From: Octopus bimaculoides
Lineage: Eukaryota
Assembly (NCBI RefSeq): GCF_001194135.2
Contig: NC_068990.1
Span: 67,861,507-67,925,506, forward strand
DNA length: 64,000 nt
Direction: 5' to 3'
Below, in pieces: positions 12,673-25,458 of the stretch (the first letter of the stretch is position 1; each line of letters starts with the position of its first letter). The position numbers were made by a program, and so were the translations under genes. Below the pieces are notes generated by a model. That model ran no database searches and was not told the DNA's origin. It saw only the letters and a list, made by a program, of their open reading frames with translations.

Positions 12673-14516
12673 ATGCATGCGTGTGTGCAAGCAAGCACAC
12701 ATACACTTGGAAGATGACAGCATAGTTTCAAACAAGATAATCATCCTATTTCAGCACAAATCAGTTAAAATGATCCATCCCCTGTACATAAAAAATTGAT
12801 TTGAAGAAATCACAGTATACATTGTAGTCATTGAACAGTTCAGCTAGTAGGGCACAATCTAGTTGATATCGGTTACAGGTAATGTCACAATTTACACTAC
12901 AAGACATGTTAGGGTACCAACTTTGAGAATCATTGAAATCATAGAGACTATTTATCAGGAAAGTTGCCAACAAGTCACTCATGTAACAACGAATGTCAGC
13001 AGGCCTACCCATATTCAATCTTCCCCACTGTCTAGTCATCCTCTTCACTCTGCTGTCTCTCTTCTATTACTTCCTCCTCATTTAATTTATTTGTTTATTT
13101 CAACAGCTGTATCAAATTTGCTTGTATAAGATTTTTGTTCATGTAGAAATCTACAAAATTATTGCATTCCACTCACTTTCCTGTAATCCAGACTGAACTA
13201 TGGTCCCAGTTGACAAAATAGAAAGAGTGTTACCTTGAACGATGGTGTGGGTTGAAACAACCACACTGGCTCAAGGGGTTTGCACTTGTGGTCAGCCATC
13301 TCCACTTTGATTGTGATGGGCAGGGATATGATCAATGAGTGACTGATACATTGACGAAATGAAATGGAGTTAGATTTAGTTTAACAATCGAAATGTATCC
13401 ATTGCAGATTTTATAACTTCAATACCAGCTGTAACTGGTCGAGTATCTCTAATAACAAGATCATGATATGCTGCCTGATAAAACTGCTATGTATGACAAT
13501 ACACTATGTTGTAATCATGCTATGGTAGAAGACACATTCTAACTAATCAGCTAAAACTAACCACCCTGTCTTGTATTAAACATTTAAAAATAAGGTGTTA
13601 CGCCTACAACAGAGGCAACTGTTTAGTTGGTGGTTAGGTGTCCAACTTTAAAATTAATCCACTAACACTCAAACAATTAAATTGTGTTTTACAAAAACAA
13701 AGATGAAAAAATTTTGCATCAAAATCTAAACTTAATGTTATTTGGAAAAAATTACATGCAGTTATGTGATTATATATATATATATATATATATATNNNNN
13801 NNNNNNNNNNNNNNNNNNNNNNNNNNNNNNNNNNNNNNNNNNNNNNNNNNNNNNNNNNNNNNNNNNNNNNNNNNNNNNNNNNNNNNNNNNNNNNNNNNNN
13901 NNNNNNNNNNNNNNNNNNNNNNNNNNNNNNNNNNNNNNNNNNNNNNNNNNNNNNNNNNNNNNNNNNNNNNNNNNNNNNNNNNNNNNNNNNNNNNNNNNNN
14001 NNNNNNNNNNNNNNNNNNNNNNNNNNNNNNNNNNNNNNNNNNNNNNNNNNNNNNNNNNNNNNNNNNNNNNNNNNNNNNNNNNNNNNNNNNNNNNNNNNNN
14101 NNNNNNNNNNNNNNNNNNNNNNNNNNNNNNNNNNNNNNNNNNNNNNNNNNNNNNNNNNNNNNNNNNNNNNNNNNNNNNNNNNNNNNNNNNNNNNNNNNNN
14201 NNNNNNNNNNNNNNNNNNNNNNNNNNNNNNNNNNNNNNNNNNNNNNNNNNNNNNNNNNNNNNNNNNNNNNNNNNNNNNNNNNNNNNNNNNNNNNNNNNNN
14301 NNNNNNNNNNNNNNNNNNNNNNNNNNNNNNNNNNNNNNNNNNNNNNNNNNNNNNNNNNNNNNNNNNNNNNNNNNNNNNNNNNNNNNNNNNNNNNNNNNNN
14401 NNNNNNNNNNNNNNNNNNNNNNNNNNNNNNNNNNNNNNNTATATATATATATATGTATATACTTATATATATATATATATGTATATACTTATATATATAT
14501 ATATATGTATATACTT

Positions 14517-14567
<51 letters not shown>

Positions 14568-15847
14568 ATATACATATATACATATAACTCTTAGTACTCC
14601 CGTCTTTATATCAGTTGCTTTGAAACCAACTACTTTAAATATTGGCAGACTAACCTAAATATAAAGATATTTTTTTAGATTCAATATTTTCTTTTATTTC
14701 TCTTGTATTTAGTATTTTTTTTTCATGAATTCCTGGATTTATTTAAGTACTTTGTAAATTATTTAGGTATACAAACAGCTTTATAGATTTCTGTAGATTT
14801 AACAAATTCCTGAATTAAATCTTTGATATTAAGCTATTTTCCTTTTATTCATATTGCAGTTTAATCATGTGTGTGTAATATATATATATATATATATACA
14901 TGTGTGTGTATGTACCTACAAAGTACAATATATATATATATATGTATATATTTATGTGTGTATGCATATGTATATATGTATGTTTGTGTGTGCGTGTGTG
15001 TCTGAGAGAGAGAGAGAAATAGTAAACATAGAAAACACACAAAATATTCTTGTTTTCTTTTCAATGCTGGATATGATGGAAATTGGTACTAATACAAAAT
15101 TTTATTCATGTTTTAATTGATTGCAAGTGGTATATATAATACCACTTGCATTATATATANNNNNNNNNNNNNNNNNNNNNNNNNNNNNNNNNNNNNNNNN
15201 NNNNNNTATATATATGTAAGCATATTTTCTTGAAATATTCTCTACTGAGACTATCTTTGTATTTCATCAATGTGAATGAAGCCTAATAATATAAATGTCT
15301 GTAATGTATGAAATATTTATCAATCAACTATGCATCTTCACATTTAAAGAGCTTTGAAAAATGAAATATCATAATTTTATAATTACTATCATAACAACTG
15401 ATACACATTCAACAACTCTATATTGGCTACATTTTTATAATCTAGTTAATACAATTAATATAAATTATACAATAGCATATCTATCCATTGTTAATACATT
15501 TTGGTTGATTTAAACATGAATATGCATATTACTGTTGTATTTCATCGTTGGAGAACACCTCTGTTAAAATTTTATATATATTCATAGCACACTGAGACAT
15601 CCCAGTATTTTGACCTAATTGTGTGTCTCTTTAGTCAAAGCTGGTCTAGGTTAATAAAGTAATGAGGAGAACTGGCTTCTGGTTAAAGAAATTGGCAAAC
15701 AAATTATTTGCTGATGCATGCTGATGACTGCCAAACAGTCCATAATTCATGAGATGTACGCAGAACAGCAAGAATCAAAACAATGACATAACTGGTACTC
15801 CATCGATTATGATGTGAGAGTTCCAGTTGATCCAATCAACAGAAGAG

Positions 15848-16110
15848 CTAGCTCATGAAGTTAACATGCAAATGGCTGAGCACTCCACAGACAGATGTAT
15901 CTTTCAGATTGTTCTCAGGGATATTGAGCATCACACAGGTGTGACAAGGCTGACCTTTTGAAATAAAGGTACTCCTCATTTTTGCCAGCTGTGTGAACTG
16001 GAGAAATACAAAATAAAGTGTCTTGCTCAAGGACACAACATGTCACTAGGAATTGAACTCATGACCTGACGATCATGAGCTGAATACCCTAACCGCTAAG
16101 CTATGTGCCA
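15848..16110 (-). mobile_element. tRNA-derived SINE family D
   Basis: Shares aaataaagtgtcttgctcaaggacacaac...ggaattgaactc with 23355-23680 and 40660-40985. Confidence 0.75.
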
Positions 16111-16267
16111 TCATTCATTCTTGATACATTCATTCTTAATACATTCTGGACTATTCAAACATTTAGACCTGCTTACTGTTGTATTACACCATCTGAGAAC
16201 ACCTCCTCTCTTTATACAATGAATGTTCATAGCACATGTGATTTATTGATATAAGGGGACATGTGTG

Positions 16268-16328
<61 letters not shown>

Positions 16329-16774
16329 TGAATTGAGCATGTATATGCTGATTGTTGTTTATTGTGATTGTAAAATACTTCTTCTCTTGAGACTATATGT
16401 GTTAATAACACCTGTGATTCATTGATGTAATAGGATTTTGAGACACCATGGTGTTCCAATCTTTTTGTGTATGTCTTCAGTAAAAACCATCTTGGATTGA
16501 TGAATATAAACAAGAGTACTGGCTTTTATATATAGAAATCATCAAGTAAATTTTTTGCTGAAGCATACTGATGTCCACCAAACTGATAATTATTCATGGC
16601 TTGCATACAAAATAGCAAGAATCAAAATAATAACCTAGCAAATATTTATTATTACAAATGTGTTATGTTTTTATTACTGCTACTGTAACAATTGATTCAG
16701 ATTCTGCTACTTTATATTACTTAGCTATATTTTTCTTAATTTAGTTATTAAGCCTATTATTACTGTGAATTTAT

Positions 16775-17190
16775 AAAGCAGTGAGCTGGCAGAATCATTA
16801 GAACATTGGAAAAATTTGTTGTGGGCTCTTACATTATGTTCAAATCCCACTGAAATAAGCTTTGCCTTTCATACTTTTGAGAATGATATAATTATCATTA
16901 ATGGGATTAATGGCTCTCCTCAAAATTGCTGGCCTTGTGCCTAAATTAAGCATCATCGTTATTAATAGTATTATAAAGGCAGAATTATTACCACACCCCA
17001 GAAAATGCTCAGTGACATTTCTTCTGCCTTTATACTCGGAGTTCAGATGTTGTCAAGGTTGACTTTGCTTTTAATCCTTTCAAGGTCAATAAGTACCAGT
17101 TGAGCACCGGAGGTAATTGACTTTCCTCCAGTCTGAATTGCTGGACTTGTGCCAAAATTGCTGCTGCTGCTGCTGCTGCTGCTGCTACTG

Positions 17191-17233
<43 letters not shown>

Positions 17234-17390
17234 GGTGGTGTGCTGACACAATCATCAGCATGCTTAATGGCATTTCATCTATTTTTACAGTCAGAGTTCA
17301 AATTCTGTCCAGGTTGACTTTACCTTACATCCTTTCAGGGTTGATGAAATAAGTACCAGTTAAGCTCTGGGATTGATGTAATTGATGTTA
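16775..17390 (+). mobile_element. Three tandem head-to-tail SINE family B copies with a (CTG)n(CTA)n spacer
   Basis: The unit gagctggcagaat...gttcaaat...ttgactttgccttt.atcctttc...aagtaccagtt recurs three times. Confidence 0.8.
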
Positions 17391-18360
17391 GGCTTTTTTG
17401 CATACAGCAAAATGGATTATCATTATTATTAATTATTATTATTATTATTATTATTATCATCATTATTATTAATTATTATTATTACAGTAGCTTCATTAAA
17501 AAATATGACCAAGTGATACAAGTTCTACAACTCTATTACTTAGTTATACTTTTCTCATATAGTTACTAAAATTATAAACAGCAAATAATTAGCTTAATGC
17601 TAGTAAATAACTAGTTTAATATTAAATGTCATTAAGCTAAAAACCAACCAGATTTACTTTCATTCATCCTCAATTTGAAAATACTAAAATAATCACCAGT
17701 TATATATGAAGTATTCATCACATATTTTTCCAAGGAATGTATGATTTAGATGTATTATAGTAGGAAAGTACAATAGAGTACAACCAGCTATTAGTTGGTG
17801 GCATGGACTATGCTTTCAATAATAGTTTTAGGTGCCTATTTAAATGTGAACAGACAGTCACCTTCTGAGCCCTGTCACATCTGATTCAGTAGAATAACTA
17901 AGCTCTGATGGCTTGAGAGAAAGAAAACTGCACAGCTGAGAAGATTGGGGGTAATGTGGAATGAAGCACACTACACATTGCCTGGTTCAGGAATTAAACC
18001 CATGTTTTTATGAGTGTGAGACCAACACCTCTAACCACTAGACCAAACACCTACATTATAACTGAGACTTGTTTTTATTTTTTCATTTACTAATTGAACA
18101 GAAATAGCTTGTTTCTAACAATCTTGGAATAAAACATGACCAACACAACTTATTATTTCATATTTCCAATAAAACTGAGGCTTCATCTCAATGATAGAAA
18201 TCTGGAGGAGAAAATCAGACAAGATACATGCTTGTTAAGTATCTAAACTCATTACTTAGGTTGTTAGTACAAAACCCACTGAAGTTGCCTTTCATCTCTC
18301 CAACATTAATACTACTCTCCTACTTTTATTACCACGAAGTATCCAGTGGCTAAGAAAGAT

Positions 18361-19200
18361 ATCATTATTATTATTGCTACTCTATTATACCCTTTCTTGA
18401 TGTTGTAATAGTATTCCAGAGAATGCTGCCATTGGGAAAAACAGCAACAAAATAACTAAAATCCCAATTGCATTTGAAATATTTTTATTTAGATTTTACC
18501 TTAGATCTCTAATACCGTTCTGAATATTCTGGCTGGTCTTCAAAGCAGTTTTTCTAAGATATTATGTCCTAGTTTTGGTCCCTTCCAAACATTAACCCAT
18601 CCTTTAATTAAACAGAAACTATTTATTCCTAAGCATCCAACCACTAACATAAATCTTCTTTAGAAACATAAGATAGTTGCAACTTCAGCCATAAGATCAT
18701 TATATTTCTCAATATTTTCATCTTCCTTGATCCCAATTCTACTATCCTCCAGGTATTGCAATATTGATTTTACACATTCTAGCCTGCTTTTTGATTACAA
18801 CCATATCTGTCTCCTACTTTCTATCGTACGGCTGCAGTGAACACAGAATGCTGAAACACCAAAGACTTTTGATGTCTTTGGACTCAATTATATTAAGGGA
18901 CTGGCGTTTGCTTCCATTACTTTTCCAAATAACACATTCCACATATTTCCCAATGGATAATTTGTGTGACATTAATGTACCTTCTATTATATTCCTTCAA
19001 AACTAATTTACTGCATTCATGCATTAATACTCTACACTTTTCACCACACTCCATATAAATCTTACATAATAATGATGTAACAACATTATTGACATACATA
19101 ACAAACATTATATAAATTGTTCTCAATGCCTGGTCATTAGGTTTGTATTTTTTACTCAGTTCGTGTCAACACTGTTATCTATGCTCAAAGCATCTTACAG
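18361..19200 (-). mobile_element. R4/Dong-like (RLE-clade) non-LTR retrotransposon, 3' fragment
   Basis: Minus translation: DQALRT..; CGEK...ECSKLVLKEYNRRYINVTQIIHWEIC (CCHC knuckle region); TDMVVI.K....KINIAIPG; EKYNDL; ARIFRTVLEI* (stop at 18501-18503); (AAT)n-like tail near 18361-18372. Confidence 0.85.
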
Positions 19201-19509
19201 AATTTCATTTGTTACTAAACTTTTATCATGGATCATTCTGTTATTCATCTCTATATTTTCCTTACTTAAGCAGTATAGCTCTGCTTTCTGCTAACTCATT
19301 ATCCCTGATATAACTTCTTTACATATATAGAGTTATCTCATCATATCATATCTAAAAGTTCTCTAATGCAGTGATATAGAATTACTGGTTTGTTTGTGAA
19401 TATGTTGCGCTCATTTATAAATCACATCCGTAATTTAGTCTTAAATCTTAGCATGAATTTTTTTTCCTTTCAGATTCAAATTTGCCCCATATATAAGTTG
19501 CACTCCAGT

Positions 19510-19765
19510 TTTTACAGCTAAAATCAAATATAAACTAGTGCAACTTATACATGAGGAAATATGGTGTATTGGGTGTGTTCCATCACCATCAGAACTAAAA
19601 ACTTCAAAGCCACCAGAAGAGAAAAAGAAGAAATCAAATGACAAGAGAGAAAGGCTCAACAAAACCAACATCGTACTCCACCAACACTACCATGCAGTCA
19701 ATGCCATCGACTAATCTATGCAAGAATTGGTCTACTAAGTCATCAATGCCATCACCATAAAGAAA
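19510..19765 (+). mobile_element. RTE (BovB-like) LINE 3' fragment
   Basis: Translation QLKS...TKNFKATRREKEEIK*QERKAQQ then PCSQCHRLIYARIGLLSHQCHH, the typical RTE C-terminal CxxC...ARIGLxSH motif. Confidence 0.8.
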
Positions 19766-19886
19766 GTGTTCACCAAAGAAGAAACTAAATTCTTGGGTAT
19801 GAGATAAAGTCAATAACTATATCTATTTCATAAATCTGGAAAATTCACTAAGTGTTAATTAGGTTTTAGTTCCTCTGCTCAATTGC

Positions 19887-21240
19887 TATCAGGTTGAGTA
19901 AGAAGAAAGCAACATTTTGAACCATGAAGAATTTGTTTTTGCAGAGTTTTTAATATTTTCTAAATAACTTTCTGCAATTGTCTGATAATACAGACATAGA
20001 CTTGCCCAAATGCATCAATAAATTTACATTGATATTTTTTCATTGTTGTTACAAACATTTGGAATGGAACTGTTAAAGTGTGGTATTCAAGCAATTTTGC
20101 TATTCAACTTCAAAAAAAGACTTAAAGTAGCTGAAACTGCTCACGATATCAACAACATGTTTGGTGTGGAAATGACCATTGAGTGGTCAGCTCAAAAATG
20201 GTTTAAATGATTTCACAGTGGAGACCTGAAACTTGAAGATTGAGAGCATAGTAGATGTCCATCTGTCATCGATGATGCTTAATCAAAGACCATCATTGAG
20301 AAAGATCCAAGTAAAAGTACTTGAGAACTGGCAAAAGAACTTCAAGTTGGCTAGAAAACTGCCTGCAACCATTTGCATGCAATTGGAAAATCAAAAATGC
20401 TTGACAAATGGGTAAGACATGATTTGAATGAAAATCAGAAAATGCACAGATATGAAATTTGCTCATCGCTTCTCCATAACAAGACCGATCCGTTTCTCAA
20501 CCATATTGTAACTTATGATGTAAAGTGGATTCTGTATAATAATAAAAAAACATTCTTTGTAATGTTTTGGACCAAATTGAAGCACTGTAAACCTTTCCTA
20601 AACCTGAGAACTTCTAAAAGAAGGTTATGGTGACTGTTCGGTGGTGTACTCATCCACAACTTCTTAAAACCGGGAAAAACCATTACTGCAGAAGCATATT
20701 GCCATGAAATTGCCAAAATGAATGAAAAACTGCTACTCCTCCTGATCAACAGAAGAGGGCCAATTATTCTTCATGACAATGTTCAACCACACATTTCACT
20801 AACAGAAGTTGAGGGAACTTGGCTACGAAGTGCTTCCCCATCCAGATTATTCCCCAGACCTTTCTCCTACCGATTACCACTTTTCCAAGCACCTTAATGC
20901 GAGAGAAGGAATTAAAAAATCAAACTGATTTGTCTCACATTCCAGGGTTTCAAATCCTGGACCAGGTATTCTGATGTGTCCTTGTATTATAATTTTCAAT
21001 TTTTGAAAATTCTACATCATTTAGTTTACACTGTGCTTAAAATGATTTGCATAAAAATGTATAATGCTTTTCTTTATAAATGCAAAACTTCAATACATGT
21101 ATGAAACTGTGTGACTAAGTGCATTCAAAGAGTTCATCAGCTCCAGAACTCCCGAGTTTTATGTTACCAGAATAAACAAACTTGTAACTCGTTGGCAAAA
21201 ATGTGTTAATTGTAATGGCACTTAGTTTGATGAATAAAAT
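19887..21240 (+). mobile_element. Mariner (DD34D, Hsmar1/cecropia-like) transposon, disabled
   Basis: Left end TA-TCAGGTTG... at 19887. ORF from 20064 reads MELLKCGIQAILLFNFKKRLKVAETAHDINNMFG...; WVRHDLNENQKMHRYEICSSLL; IVTYDVKWILY; HDNVQPH; YSPDLSPTDYHF; FKEFISSRTPEFYVTRINKLVTRWQKCVNCNG. Many stops and frameshifts, plus a ~0.15-0.2 kb insertion near 20930-21110. Confidence 0.92.
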
Positions 21241-23354
21241 TTCTGCCTTGTTGATAAAAAGAATAATGTTTGTATTTTTGGTTTGGGCAGTGTGCTGTGT
21301 CATTAAGGAAGGTTCTTCATTTCACAATGCTCCAGTCTAGTCAAATGTAAATGAGGGAACATTTGGGTATTAGTACAGTTTTCTCTCCCTCCATCTGTCA
21401 CACCTCAGATGTTCTGCAGGATCAAAAATGACAGGATCAAGATAATGGCTACACTCATTCCTTTTTACACAGATACCTAAATTCCTGACTGAAAGCATAG
21501 TCCAGGTTTCCAAGGAATGGCTGGCTGTACTCTACTGTACTTTCCTACTGTTGTACATCTAAATCATTTATTCCTTAGCAAGATATTTGATTTGTGATGA
21601 ATGCCTAGCATATAAGCAGTATTTATTTTAGTATTTTCACATTGATGGAGAATAAAAGTAAATCTGTTTGGGTTTTAACTTGGAAACTTTTAGCATTAAA
21701 CTAATTATTTACAAGTTGTTTAGCATTAAACTAGTTATTTAGTGTCCCAGATGGTATTATCTGTTCTGAAGATTGTATTCTATCACATAAAATGACAAAG
21801 TTCTCATGGATTCTTGGCATTCTCCACACTGTTTTCTAGTTTCAAAGTGAAAAATAACAGGATTAATTTTGCATTACATCCTTTAAGATAGGATCAAATA
21901 TATATCAAGGCACTACTAGAGCAATCCATACAAATATATCCTTCCCTTGTCAATGTCAGAAACCCTTCCTCTCTTCCTTGTTGTTGTTGCTGCTGGCATG
22001 ATTGCCACCACTGCCACCAACACCACCACCACCACCACCACCACCACCACCAACACCACCACCATCATCCTCATCATTCTTGTTAGCAATATAATATGTG
22101 TCATATAAGCTGATGGCAAAACAGTCTCCTGGTTCTTTGCATCAGGATTTCATCTAATGAAGAAATAGGTTGATTCCATTCAGTGAACAAAAGGTAGTGA
22201 TATGAGATTTGGTCCCAAGAAGACACTGATCAATTCAAAGGATTTAAATTCTCCCTTCTTATAAAAGAAACTATCTCTAGTACAATGTAATTACATTATT
22301 ATTTTTTATTCTTATTATAGTGTTGCAGTAAACAGAACAGTGCTAAACAGGTTTCTGAAAAATAACTAGTTTAGTGCCATCAGGATCAATCATCTCTCAT
22401 CAATCAAGAAATCAATAAAAGAAGAGATAATGTGATATTGCTATTCTGCCAAAGAAAATTTAACCTTGTGTCTGAGAGAGAAATATTCTATATTTTGCTT
22501 CTTGCACATTTAGAAATTAACTCCATAATAACTAACAAAAAAATATTAATTTGTCAAGCAATGAAACAGAAATATGGATCTCTAATTGAAATTTAATTTT
22601 ATTTAATTAAAAATAAAATAAAGAATATCGAAAATTATTTGCTTAGTATTGAATTCAAAAGGAGTCTAAATGAAATTTATTGAAATAAAAACTATGTTTT
22701 GCATATCTGAAATTAAATAAATGTAAGAACTAAGAAAACAAAAAAGAAAAAAATGAAATAAAAAAAGAAAAAAAAAAACAAGTAATGGAAATTTATTGAC
22801 GACAAAAATCATGATGAAACTCATCTATGTATATTTAGACAATTCATCCATTCGCAAAAGAATGAGGGGGCTCATTCTTGATGGTGATAATTAATGTTGT
22901 TGTTGTTCTAGTTACTCCATGAAGGCAGCTGATTGAATACTTAAGAACAATTAATAATTCAATTCTACTACCCTAAGTTGCTCTATCACCATGATTATTC
23001 CACTTTTAGAATAGACATATGTTCTAGCATGTCATAAGAAATGACTAAAAGGGTTGGCAGAGTGAAGGAAGGGCGTCTTCCAGTAAAACATTTCCTCAGA
23101 AAAAGAATTCTTCAACCCATGCCTGTATGGAAGTGCAGACATAAAATGTTGCTGTTACTCATGATGATGTTAATGGTGATGGTCTTAATGATGGCGAATA
23201 TCTTTGATTACCCTGGTCACAGTGTAGTGTAGACAGAGTTTACACTGTACACTATAGCATATACTTTTGTGGGCTGCAGTGACTTGCACTACTACCAATT
23301 ACATACCTATATTGTAGATCAGTTTGTTGCAATTTCATTGAAAATACTAATTAT

Positions 23355-23680
23355 AACTGCAATAAAAGGATAAAGACCCCCTTTGTTCATGAATGACCAT
23401 GGGTTTGCACCAGGAAAGTCCTCCTCCAAGGCACAAGTCTGGGCAAGTTTGTTTATGGAAGGCCAGCAGTCGCCCATGCATACCAGGCTCTCCTCTCCAT
23501 GCTACCGATGTTATCCAAGGGAAAGGTAAAGACCAGTACAGCTTGGCACCAGTGATGTCGCAACTCATTTCTACAGCTGAGTTAACTGGAGCAATGTGAA
23601 ATAAAGTGTCTTGCTCAAGACTACAACACACAGCTAAGTCCGGGAATTGAACTCATTACCTCATAATTGTGAGTCTGACA
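23355..23680 (-). mobile_element. SINE family D, near full length
   Basis: Reverse complement of the 40660-40985 copy along its length. Confidence 0.85.
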
Positions 23681-24115
23681 CCCTGCACTAACAATGTACA
23701 AACTAAACTTGGTCAGTATATGTTAAATTTGTTATCTCAAGTTTTTATTACAAATATTTAGCAAACCAATGTAAAAGTTTCGAGTGTAACGAAGCAATCA
23801 GTGTTGTGTGATTTTTAGTGTAACTAAATGTTTAGATTTGTTTCAGTCACAGAAAAATGACTAAGATTTCCAGATGATATTTCATGAGTATTCTAGATGG
23901 CCACATATCAGAGTGATTGTCCAAGACAGAATATATAATTTTAGAAGGGCTGTGTAAATAGGAAGTTTGCGTCTCAACCATATAATTTCAGATTCACTCC
24001 TACTGTGTGAACCCTTTGACAAAGTGTCTTCTATTATAGCCCCCAGACTAACCACCTTGTGAATGGATTTGGTAGATGGAAACTAAAAGAAGTCCATTGC
24101 ATCTATAGGAGTGTA

Positions 24116-24148
<33 letters not shown>

Positions 24149-24743
24149 ACATATGCATGCATATTCATGTATGTTGGTGAGTGTGAGTGTAACTGTTTCC
24201 TTGTTTTAATATTCTGCAATAGCTGAGACCAAGTTTTACTGTCATACAAGTGGTGTCATTTATTTTCAATCTTCCATGAAAATATGTCTGGATATGAAGA
24301 AATATTATCTTACTTGGAAACAAGTGAAGGTTAGTGAGAGGAAGGCCAGCCACATTCAATACAACCCAAAGAAATCACTACAGCAACACCACAAAACCCA
24401 AAAACAGAAACCCAAATTAAATTACATGCCCTGTCCTGATTAAGAGCCTTGATTAAGAATCTTGACACACTGGCATCTCAGATAACTCTAGAAAAAAACT
24501 ATTGGTAAATGTTTCGCTTTTTCATATAATTATGACTAACCTAGATGTACATTTACATGAAAATGGATGCAACACTGATTGCCATATTAAACTCAAAACT
24601 TTACACTGGTTTACAAAACATTTATTATAAACTTTGAAGAAATTAATTTAATAGATACTGACCAAGTTTACCTTGCACATCTTTATTATGGTTGCAGTAA
24701 GAGCCTTCATTTATATCAACACACTTACTGAATAGTAGTGTAT

Positions 24744-24793
<50 letters not shown>

Positions 24794-25383
24794 ACACACA
24801 CACACACACAGAGGTATGTATGTATGTATAATATGTTGTGGTGCAGTCACTGCAACTCTCAAATTGATATGAACAATGAACAACATATTGGTAAAACAAT
24901 GAAGACGATATTACTAAAAGAGCCAATAATCTCAGATTTCAATAAAACCAGCTTCATTCCCTTTCGTTCACATATTAAAAAGTCAAACATCCTAATCTCT
25001 AAAATGAACACAACAAATATTGGAATGTATCCCAGAATACACCAATATCGTTATAAGATATTTAAATTCCACACTACATAGAGAAAATATTATTTAGAAA
25101 GAATAAATAAAATGAAATATACAAATATGTTATCTATCAGTCATAAAAATCATATTAGACTCACAGAAAGTAGAGTTGTATCCAAGCTAGTTAAAAGTAT
25201 GTTGGATTACAGATTAAAGTGCTTCACTAGCACTGCACAGAATCTATGTCAAGACACCTAATTTTCACTGGCATTATATAAATAAGGTACTTGTAGATGG
25301 TTGTGTCTATTGAGCAATTCAAACAAACAAGTTAATCCATCCAGCCCACACTAGTATAGAAAAATGTATGTAGATGAAGATTT

Positions 25384-25458
<75 letters not shown>

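Noticed and set aside
15122-15150. Perfect 11-bp hairpin tgcaagtggta/taccacttgca
   Set aside because: It is short, sits directly beside a gap and (TA)n, and may be an assembly artefact.
17030-17352. Poly-L/S/V/C/Y, poly-I/N and HT/CV-repeat ORFs throughout the track
   Set aside because: These are translations of microsatellites and SINEs, with no coding signal.
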